Source of the DNA: an uncultured virus (IMG/VR IMGVR_UViG_3300032294_002400)
Taxonomy: Duplodnaviria > Heunggongvirae > Uroviricota > Caudoviricetes
DNA: 20,000 nt
Direction: 5' to 3' (one strand)
IMG/VR virus record: IMGVR_UViG_3300032294_002400
Shown here: positions 1 through 5,551 of the stretch, one piece after another
Numbering within the stretch: position 1 is the stretch's first letter
Layout of the letters: every line of letters starts with the position of its first letter
Position numbers and translations under genes: made by a program
Notes under the pieces: model-generated
What the model was told of the DNA's origin: nothing
Seen by the model: the letters and a program-made list of their open reading frames with translations, nothing else
The model's database searches: none

Positions 1-15
1 AAGGGTCGTCGCTAA
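1..15 (+). CDS. 3' end of an upstream gene (…KGRR*), truncated by the window
   Basis: AAG GGT CGT CGC TAA in frame 1, ending 2 nt before the next ATG at 18. Only 5 codons are visible. Confidence 0.35.
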   Translation, partial: KGRR

Positions 16-17
16 TC

Positions 18-134
18 ATGAACCCATTCACAGCGGTAATCGATTGGCTTGACGAGTACGCAGACGTTGCGGCACCAGTTGGTGCCTTCGTAGGTGTGGC
101 AATTGCAGTCGCACTTATGTTTATCTTCGGATAA
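18..134 (+). CDS. Small single-TM membrane protein, 38 aa (MNPFTAVIDWLDEYADVAAPVGAFVGVAIAVALMFIFG)
   Basis: Manual translation from ATG18 to TAA134 (below the ORF-track cutoff). Hydrophobic C-terminal half. Fills the gap before the promoter at 157-165. Confidence 0.65.
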   Translation: MNPFTAVIDWLDEYADVAAPVGAFVGVAIAVALMFIFG

Positions 135-156
135 CCCTACATCTTCCTGATTTACC

Positions 157-165
157 TGTTATAAT
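157..165 (+). promoter_or_regulatory. Extended -10 promoter (TG-T-TATAAT) for the gene at 201
   Basis: TGTTATAAT at 157-165 in an intergenic gap. An SD-like GAAAGGA lies at 187-193 before ATG201. Confidence 0.65.
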
Positions 166-200
166 TATCTTGTACAGCCCAATGACGAAAGGACAAGAAC

Positions 201-482
201 ATGTCAACAGTAAAAGAGTATCGCCGTAAGGGATTCCAAGCTCGCCGAGTCTCATTCGCGCTCAAAGTAATTGCGGGTCTATGGACGATTGCCATGATTG
301 GTATCTTCGTAACCTCACCTACGCTAATAGGATTTCTAGCGATGATTGCTGGTTCAGTTTCTTTCATTATCCCTTCACTGCTCATCGCGTCTGTCTACGA
401 TGACCGTGCAGAGCGCTTCTTCAACCTTGCGGCTGCCCACAAGCAGGTAGCTCTTCTTGGAGTAGTTCAACCTAGAAAGTAA
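201..482 (+). CDS. Hypothetical membrane protein, 2 TM helices, 93 aa
   Basis: ORF with SD GAAAGGA. Basic N-terminus followed by two hydrophobic segments. Confidence 0.75.
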   Translation: MSTVKEYRRKGFQARRVSFALKVIAGLWTIAMIGIFVTSPTLIGFLAMIAGSVSFIIPSLLIASVYDDRAERFFNLAAAHKQVALLGVVQPRK

Positions 483-483
483 G

Positions 484-512
484 TGTACAAGTAAAGGAAA
501 AAGGGTTATAGT
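484..512 (+). promoter_or_regulatory. Sigma70-like promoter TGTACA-N17-TATAGT
   Basis: TGTACA at 484-489, a 17-nt spacer, TATAGT at 507-512. SD GGAGG at 531-535 before ATG540. Confidence 0.6.
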
Positions 513-539
513 TCTACCAACGACAAATACGGAGGAATA

Positions 540-992
540 ATGACGCAAGGTACTAGCCAACGAGAACAGATCTATGTCTATGACACTTGTTCTGCATGTC
601 AAGAATCCAACGTACTTGTATATGAACTAAACAACAGCCTTCTCTGTGCTGAGCACTATAGAGATAAGACAAGACTAATAAAAAGAGCTACACCCTGCGA
701 CAAGTGCGGAGCTGACAATGCCGTCAGAGATCCGTCACATCGTAGGAACGAGTATCTCTGCTGGTCATGTCATCAGGAAAATGGATTCGTGGTCAATGAC
801 TCTGTAATCAAGCGAGCTATCGTTTCACTTGTCAACAACTTCACTCGAGGAACTAAGATTAAGTGCGACGCAGCTGGTTACGGTAGTGACTGCGATAACA
901 ACGTAAAACCTCGTGGTCCATGGGGCGGAAGAGCTCTTTGCGATACTCATGGAAAAACCCCACCGAAGCCACAAAAAGGCACAAAATCTTGA
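540..992 (+). CDS. Cys/His-rich protein with three putative zinc-finger units, 150 aa
   Basis: CSAC…LCAEH, CDKC…LCWSCH and C-x7-C…LCDTH. Strong SD. Confidence 0.8.
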   Translation: MTQGTSQREQIYVYDTCSACQESNVLVYELNNSLLCAEHYRDKTRLIKRATPCDKCGADNAVRDPSHRRNEYLCWSCHQENGFVVNDSVIKRAIVSLVNNFTRGTKIKCDAAGYGSDCDNNVKPRGPWGGRALCDTHGKTPPKPQKGTKS

Positions 993-1034
993 GCAGTCGT
1001 ATTTTGCTCAAAGTAAACCTACGAAAGGAAAGCA

Positions 1035-1220
1035 ATGACAACATCAACTGTAACTCCAAACCAGGCAGCTCAGCTTTACTCAGAAGGAAAGTCCGTGGTT
1101 GAGGTAGCTCAGGCACTGGGCATTACCTACGGCAAGGCTCGCAAGCTCATCGCCGAGTCTGGAACAGACATCCGCAACACGTCAGATCGACTCAAGGGCA
1201 AGACCCGAAAGACTAAGTAA
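1035..1220 (+). CDS. Small helix-turn-helix DNA-binding protein (HTH_58-like), 61 aa
   Basis: LYSEGKSVVEVAQALGITYGKARKLIAESGTDIR resembles the actinobacterial Y-x-x-G-x-S…YG…L-x-ESG-x-x-x-R HTH pattern. SD GAAAGGA at 1023-1029. Confidence 0.8.
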   Translation: MTTSTVTPNQAAQLYSEGKSVVEVAQALGITYGKARKLIAESGTDIRNTSDRLKGKTRKTK

Positions 1221-1393
1221 TGCTGGATAGACTCATGCTGAGGCTGCAAAGCCTCATTTGGCCAGCTGTTATTTCGGCTGCCCTATCCTTCATTGCCGTC
1301 CTCGTAAGCCTTCTAACCCCGGATAGAGGCACTTTGGTCCTAGCCCTAGGGTTATCAGCCGTGGCATGGGCATGCCTAGCTCAGACGGTCTAA
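1220..1393 (+). CDS. Small 2-TM membrane protein, 57 aa (MLDRLMLRLQSLIWPAVISAALSFIAVLVSLLTPDRGTLVLALGLSAVAWACLAQTV)
   Basis: Manual translation. ATG1220 overlaps the TAA of the HTH gene (TAATG), and the ORF ends just before a hairpin terminator. Confidence 0.7.
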   Translation: MLDRLMLRLQSLIWPAVISAALSFIAVLVSLLTPDRGTLVLALGLSAVAWACLAQTV

Positions 1394-1397
1394 ACGT

Positions 1398-1437
1398 AAT
1401 CCCTCCCTGGGTTCGCCCTGGGGAGGGGTTTACTTTC
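1398..1437 (+). terminator. Intrinsic terminator with a UUCG loop
   Basis: AATCCCTCCCTGGG-TTCG-CCCTGGGGAGGGGTT forms a stem with one bulge and G-U pairs, followed by TACTTT. Confidence 0.7.
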
Positions 1438-1457
1438 CCTCAAAATGGCGATATAAT
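1429..1457 (+). promoter_or_regulatory. Sigma70-like promoter TTTACT-N17-TATAAT
   Basis: -35 at 1429-1434, a 17-nt spacer and a perfect -10 at 1452-1457. SD AAGGAGG at 1474-1480. Confidence 0.75.
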
Positions 1458-1488
1458 TAAGCCATCAAGAGGAAAGGAGGTAGATGAA

Positions 1489-1668
1489 ATGGCGTTCCAT
1501 GGGTTAATAAAAGACAGCCCACTAATTACTGCTGTGCAACAGTCTACTCGTAGAGGGCGTAAGCATGCTAAGTACGAAGCTGAAATGGAAGAAATTTCAG
1601 CCTTACTACTACCTATGATAAATAAGCTAGAGGCATGGTTTGATTCACGTAAGAAAACTAAGGAGTAA
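1489..1668 (+). CDS. Hypothetical protein, 59 aa (MAFHGLIKDSPL…RKKTKE)
   Basis: Start reassigned from 1366 to ATG1489. A perfect SD lies 8 nt upstream, and the promoter and terminator fall inside the longer ORF. Confidence 0.7.
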   Translation: MAFHGLIKDSPLITAVQQSTRRGRKHAKYEAEMEEISALLLPMINKLEAWFDSRKKTKE

Positions 1669-1677
1669 CTTAGTTAA

Positions 1678-1720
1678 TAGGGCAAGCTGGTATCTAAAGG
1701 TGCCAGCTTTCCTAGTTTAT
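1678..1720 (+). terminator. Intrinsic terminator
   Basis: TAGGGCAAGCTGGTATC-TAAA-GGTGCCAGCTTTCCTA stem with G-U pairs and one bulge, followed by GTTTAT. Confidence 0.65.
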
Positions 1721-1721
1721 G

Positions 1722-1730
1722 TGATAAAGT
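1722..1730 (+). promoter_or_regulatory. Extended -10 promoter (TG-A-TAAAGT) for the leader/lysozyme transcript
   Basis: TGATAAAGT lies immediately after the terminator. Confidence 0.5.
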
Positions 1731-1752
1731 AATACCTGCAAGAAACCAATTA

Positions 1753-1897
1753 CGGAGAGACGAAAGGATACGACTATGTCATCCCTTCTTATCTCCGGCC
1801 ATACGCAAGCGGTAGAGGACAAGCGAAAGCTTGAGGAGCGTATCGGTAGCAAGAAGCTCAGTGAGCAGTTATCACTGGGTTGTCCCATCCCCGACCT
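1753..1897 (+). ncRNA. Candidate structured cis-regulatory leader RNA upstream of the transglycosylase
   Basis: Multiple complementary segments: 1753-1769/1781-1797, CTTCTT/AAGAAG, ATACGC/GCGTAT, AAGC-GAAA-GCTT, CTCAGTGA/TCACTGGG and GGACAA/TTGTCC. No known family confidently recognised. Confidence 0.4.
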
Positions 1898-2060
1898 AAG
1901 GAGGCGAACTAGCGTTGCTTACACTACGTGGAATTGCAATGTCGACCGTAGCCTATATTACGGCAATAACAATTGGACTCTTCTCAGTATCGATGCTGTC
2001 AAGCAATGCTGCGTCAAGTCCAATCATTACAGAGGTACCAGCTCATATCAAACAGATTGA
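1776..2060 (+). CDS. Possible leader/overlapping ORF, 94 aa (uncertain)
   Basis: Has the same ACGAAAGGA SD context as the genes at 201 and 1035. It overlaps the lysozyme gene out of frame by 146 nt and has no recognisable domain. Confidence 0.25.
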   Translation: MSSLLISGHTQAVEDKRKLEERIGSKKLSEQLSLGCPIPDLRRRTSVAYTTWNCNVDRSLYYGNNNWTLLSIDAVKQCCVKSNHYRGTSSYQTD

Positions 2061-2499
2061 GCAAACAAACCCGCTGGTAGTACTAGAGGGTGCAAAGCAA
2101 CTAACTCAGCATGAGCTCGTAGAGCTACTTGCGGCAGTGGGTTTTGAGGGCAAGGCTCTTAAAACTGCATGGTCCGTTGTCATGCGCGAGTCTCGTGGGC
2201 GCCCTGTTGCCCACAACAAAAACGCCAGCACTGGCGATAACTCATACGGCCTATTCCAAATCAACATGATTGGTAGCTTAGGCGTTGACCGATTAGCTAA
2301 GTTCCAGGACAAGATTGGTATCACTAAGGTGACTGATTTATTTGACCCTGTAGCAAATGCTAAGGCTGCCTACTACATGACAGCGGGTGGCAAGGACTGG
2401 GCCTCATGGGGTCTAGGCCCTAATGCATACGACGGCGATTCGATTGAACCTGCGGTGACCAGGTGGTACACCGAATTCCCAACAAAGTCAAAGTCCTAG
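1915..2499 (+). CDS. Secreted or membrane-anchored lysozyme-like lytic transglycosylase (SLT_3-like), 194 aa
   Basis: N-terminal hydrophobic signal. Catalytic pattern AWSVVMRES…DNSYGLFQIN…LFDPVANAKAAY…W-x-x-W. SD AAGGAGG at 1898-1904 before TTG1915. Confidence 0.88.
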   Translation: MLTLRGIAMSTVAYITAITIGLFSVSMLSSNAASSPIITEVPAHIKQIEQTNPLVVLEGAKQLTQHELVELLAAVGFEGKALKTAWSVVMRESRGRPVAHNKNASTGDNSYGLFQINMIGSLGVDRLAKFQDKIGITKVTDLFDPVANAKAAYYMTAGGKDWASWGLGPNAYDGDSIEPAVTRWYTEFPTKSKS

Positions 2500-2507
2500 G
2501 ACAGGAA

Positions 2508-2522
2508 TACTATTACACCATG
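2508..2522 (+). promoter_or_regulatory. Probable leaderless promoter (-10 TACTAT, 6 nt, ATG)
   Basis: TACTAT at 2508-2513, then TACACC, then ATG2520. Confidence 0.45.
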
Positions 2523-3014
2523 GACGAACTAAATACTGAACATATCGAACCTGCGGCTGTCGCAGACGAGGTCCCTGCTGTAGAAGCAGAGGCTGTCATC
2601 GAGGCGCCTGCAGTTGTAGACGAACCTGCACCTACACCTGAGCCTGAGGTAATCCCTGAGGTAATCCCTGAGGTTGTACCTGAACCTGTAAAGGTTGAGG
2701 AGCCTAAGGCACACAAGCCTGAGGCTGTATACTCTGTCAGTGGCAATGGCATAGACGAAGTGCTTCTAGCAAATTGCATCTACAAAAATGTATATGCTCG
2801 CAAGTCTCTATCTGTTCATCATCTACAACGTCGTCTAGCTGAACTTGGTTTCAATGACGCTAGCTCTGATAAAGATGGTTGGCTAGGAGATGAGACTGTG
2901 TCTGCTATTAAAAAGTTTCAAGCAAGCAAAGGCTTAGAAGAAACTGGGTCTATTGATGCTACAACATTGACTAAGATCTTTGAAGGAGATCACAATGTCA
3001 AGGTAGTACTCTAA
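2520..3014 (+). CDS. Peptidoglycan-binding (PG_binding_1) protein with a Pro/Glu-rich N-terminal region, 164 aa
   Basis: VHHLQRRLAELGF…DGWLGDETVSAIKKFQASKGLEETGSIDATT is the classic PG_binding_1 pattern. Start moved from 2463 to ATG2520 to avoid overlap with the upstream gene. Confidence 0.85.
   Translation: MDELNTEHIEPAAVADEVPAVEAEAVIEAPAVVDEPAPTPEPEVIPEVIPEVVPEPVKVEEPKAHKPEAVYSVSGNGIDEVLLANCIYKNVYARKSLSVHHLQRRLAELGFNDASSDKDGWLGDETVSAIKKFQASKGLEETGSIDATTLTKIFEGDHNVKVVL
2644..2688 (+). repeat. Coding tandem repeat, 12-bp unit CCTGAGGTAATC (PEVI PEVI PEVV PE)
   Basis: cctgaggtaatc cctgaggtaatc cctgaggttgta cctgaa. Confidence 0.8.
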
Positions 3015-3037
3015 GCCTAATAAACAAAAGCTTAAAC

Positions 3038-3082
3038 AAAGGAAGACTGGTTGGTGCTAAGGCATCAGCCAGTCTTCTTTTA
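3038..3082 (+). terminator. Strong intrinsic terminator, possibly bidirectional
   Basis: GAAGACTGGTTGGTGC-TAAG-GCATCAGCCAGTCTTC is a 16-bp stem with 2 G-U pairs, followed by TTTTA and preceded by AAAG. Confidence 0.85.
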
Positions 3083-3270
3083 TATTGCAACAGACATAGG
3101 CTATAGGCTGCAACAAATAAAATAAAACAATTTCTTCTAAATTATTTCTTAAAGATTGTTTCTCGCTCGTAAAATGAAAAAAATAGTTGGAGACGTTTTT
3201 GAAAGTGTCTCAAAGTATACGAATCCCTTTCTCACGCCAAAGCCATTTTAACCAAAAGGTACTGTTTCTG
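3083..3270. other. AT-rich non-coding spacer between the accessory and head modules
   Basis: A/T tracts (AAATAAAATAAAACAATTT, GAAAAAAAT), short repeats (TGCAACA x2, ATAGGCT x2) and no credible ORF. Confidence 0.7.
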
Positions 3271-3275
3271 CTCCG

Positions 3276-3310
3276 TTTGTACACAATACTATAAGCGCAA
3301 TTTGTACACA
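3276..3310 (+). repeat. Direct repeat TTTGTACACA x2 (putative operator)
   Basis: Exact 10-mers at 3276-3285 and 3301-3310, at and upstream of the -35 position of the operon promoter. Confidence 0.65.
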
Positions 3311-3324
3311 TTTGTCCTCGAAGG

Positions 3325-3342
3325 TGATACAGTATTCTCATG
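3325..3342 (+). promoter_or_regulatory. Extended -10 leaderless promoter (TG-A-TACAGT, 6 nt, ATG) for the head operon
   Basis: TGATACAGT at 3325-3333, then ATTCTC, then ATG3340. No SD at the normal spacing. Confidence 0.6.
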
Positions 3343-3831
3343 GCGCACACACCCGACCTCCCAAAGAGCGAGGCCGAATTCCTAGCCTCCCTTTCCAAGG
3401 AGCAACTATGGCGTCGTGTAAAAGACCTCAATGATGCAGGCTGGACCCTTCAGTCTATTGCGGACGCCTTTGACCCTCCGCGCCGTCGCTCAACAATCCG
3501 CAGCTGGGTTATCAAGGACACCCCTGAGTTCGAGTTTATCACCGCGACCCCTACGCCACCAAAGCCTAAGCAAAAGTTAAGACGTAAACGTCCACCGTCA
3601 CCTGGGATTCCTGTAGATCAGCAACTTCAAATCGCGAGACTATCACCGCTGGCACGACGCTATCGCGCTCGCACAAACCCAGGGTCTGCTTCTTTCACCG
3701 CGAATACCCAGCTAACCGTCATCGCAGGAGAACTTTATCTAAAAGGTGTAACAGTTTCAGAGCTTGCCCGCGCGTCAGGAGTTACCTATCGCGCGATGAA
3801 ACGTAGAGTAGATAAGGCCAATACACAATGA
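3340..3831 (+). CDS. Double helix-turn-helix DNA-binding protein, 163 aa
   Basis: LNDAGWTLQSIADAFDPPRRRSTIRSWV and LYLKGVTVSELARASGVTYRAMKRRV are joined by a Pro/Lys/Arg-rich linker. Confidence 0.8.
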   Translation: MAHTPDLPKSEAEFLASLSKEQLWRRVKDLNDAGWTLQSIADAFDPPRRRSTIRSWVIKDTPEFEFITATPTPPKPKQKLRRKRPPSPGIPVDQQLQIARLSPLARRYRARTNPGSASFTANTQLTVIAGELYLKGVTVSELARASGVTYRAMKRRVDKANTQ

Positions 3832-4808
3832 ATGATAAAAGCAAAGACGGTATTTCTGCTGCTCCATGGCCAGAAGGTCTCTATCCTATTTCAGTAAGAG
3901 GAAAAGACAAAGACGGCGAGTGGCTTCATGGAGCTACCATGACTATTACTCCTTGCCCAAAGAATGCAGTCTTCTACGAATCGCGTCTACCTGTGCCTTC
4001 AGGAGAAATTACACTTGACAAATACGCGGTTCGTTTCGACGCGCTCGTTCCGCCAGGCGATTACACGATAGCTTTTTCGCATGACCGTGAAAGTCCAGTA
4101 GTTAAGGTGACAGTTTCAGATCCTGTTGCTCAGACGGTTCAATCACCGGGCGCGGATAAACTTCCGGTGCACTACCGTGACTCCCGTTGGGATAAGTACA
4201 TCATGAAGGAGAACTCCTATGGCCCTCTCGACATGAACGAGACGGATACGGTAATTGACATCGGCGCTCACATTGGAATCTTTTCTCGTAAGGCTTTAGC
4301 CAAGGGCGCTCGAGTTTTGAAGGCGTATGAACCGGAGTCCGATAACTGCAGACTTCTTGATCTTAACTTATCAGAATACGACTCCTCACTATGGAACATC
4401 CAACGGGCTGCGGTTGTAGCTGACGACTTCCCGTTTGTAGAAGAGCGTTACGCCAAGCTATGGATTGACGCGGCAGGTGACGGAGATGCATCTCGCACCG
4501 CCCTTCACTCGCTATATCGCAAGCGCGGTGCGCGAGTGCCAGTTCTTGTTCCTGTAGTTACGTGGTCAAGTGTACTTGCGCTCAACCCTACGGTTCTCAA
4601 GGTAGACGTTGAAGGCGCGGAGCTTACGTATGACTGGTCACTTTTATCAAAGAATACATCTATCCGCAGCCTTGCCTTAGAGTTGGAAAATGTAAAAAGC
4701 AAGACAGGCACAAAAGGCAACGTCGTAGAGGATATTAAGAAAGCAGGCTTTGTCTTGACTAACGAGTCATCAGGCTGGTCAACAGTTCAGATTTGGACAC
4801 GTAAATAA
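3828..4808 (+). CDS. FkbM-family SAM-dependent methyltransferase with an extra N-terminal domain of about 110 aa, 326 aa
   Basis: VIDIGAHIGIFS, AYEPESDN and VLKVDVEGAE are FkbM signature motifs. ATGA overlap with the upstream gene. Confidence 0.88.
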   Translation: MNDKSKDGISAAPWPEGLYPISVRGKDKDGEWLHGATMTITPCPKNAVFYESRLPVPSGEITLDKYAVRFDALVPPGDYTIAFSHDRESPVVKVTVSDPVAQTVQSPGADKLPVHYRDSRWDKYIMKENSYGPLDMNETDTVIDIGAHIGIFSRKALAKGARVLKAYEPESDNCRLLDLNLSEYDSSLWNIQRAAVVADDFPFVEERYAKLWIDAAGDGDASRTALHSLYRKRGARVPVLVPVVTWSSVLALNPTVLKVDVEGAELTYDWSLLSKNTSIRSLALELENVKSKTGTKGNVVEDIKKAGFVLTNESSGWSTVQIWTRK

Positions 4809-5200
4809 TGAAGGTAAAACACGATTTCTTCCCCGCGACGATAGTTGCGGTTGCGCCAGATATTGTCGAGGACTACACAACCGTGACGACTAACCTTGCG
4901 GATGTGCCTAGCGGCAACAAGTTCCTCGAGCGCGTCCGCGTCGTGATTATGACCAAGGACGACGGTACGGATATCATTATGGTCGCAGGTGATCATCACT
5001 CAGGACCGCGACTTATCTTCTCCGAGCGCTTAACCAGCCTAAACTGGTCTGGCGACAAAACAAAGGATTCCCAGGCACTAACAGAGTCAGGGAAAATCAT
5101 CGCGTTTCGTAAGACCCAAGGTTGCTCAACCTGCGGCAGCAGATTAAGATCTTGGAGTCCTTATAAAACCATGGACTCAGTAAAGGACCCAACCGAATGA
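4808..5200 (+). CDS. Hypothetical phage protein with a C-terminal GCSTCGSRLRSW motif, 130 aa
   Basis: Coupled on both sides (TAATG and ATGA overlaps). Contains a CxxC motif. Confidence 0.8.
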   Translation: MKVKHDFFPATIVAVAPDIVEDYTTVTTNLADVPSGNKFLERVRVVIMTKDDGTDIIMVAGDHHSGPRLIFSERLTSLNWSGDKTKDSQALTESGKIIAFRKTQGCSTCGSRLRSWSPYKTMDSVKDPTE

Positions 5201-5511
5201 ACCTAGACACATACATGATTGAACGCATGCCCGTCGCGCACGTAATTATCCTTGCGCTCTTCGTCTATCGCGTTACACGCCTAATTACCATCGACGAGAT
5301 CTTTGAACCCGTCCGCACCTTTGTCTGGGACAAGACAAAAACAGGCTCCCACCTAGCATACCTCGTAACCTGCCCGTGGTGCATCTCGTTGTGGGTTGCC
5401 CTCCCGGTTGTGTTCTCATATGCATTTTTTCCAAGTATAACTATCCTAATTGGGTGTATATTTGCCCTGTCCGCTTTAGCTGGACTTATAACTGCGCGCC
5501 TGGATTCATAG
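5197..5511 (+). CDS. DUF1360-family membrane protein, 104 aa
   Basis: LALFVYRVTRLITIDEIFEPVR…YLVTCPWCISLWV matches the DUF1360 pattern. It lies directly before the portal, as in cluster-B-like actinophages. Confidence 0.85.
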   Translation: MNLDTYMIERMPVAHVIILALFVYRVTRLITIDEIFEPVRTFVWDKTKTGSHLAYLVTCPWCISLWVALPVVFSYAFFPSITILIGCIFALSALAGLITARLDS

Positions 5512-5551
5512 TCCATGCACTCCGTTAGCCAACGACGAGGAGTAATTTAGA

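Noticed and set aside
18..1393. Calling the small membrane proteins holins
   Set aside because: They are separated from the lysozyme gene by terminators and independent promoters. Hydrophobicity alone is not enough evidence.
1366..1488. N-terminal extension of the 1366..1668 ORF
   Set aside because: It overlaps the 1220-1393 gene, a terminator and a promoter. A perfect SD supports ATG1489 instead.
1760..1860. Resemblance to c-di-GMP-I (CTCCGGCC…GGTAGC) or SAM-I (CTTATC) riboswitches
   Set aside because: The other required elements (GGCAAAC/GACGCAAAG for c-di-GMP-I, GCAACC/GTGC/GATAAG for SAM-I) are absent. The c-di-AMP consensus is also not found.
2463..2519. GTG start for the PG-binding protein
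   Set aside because: It overlaps the lysozyme gene, and ATG2520 fits the leaderless promoter geometry.
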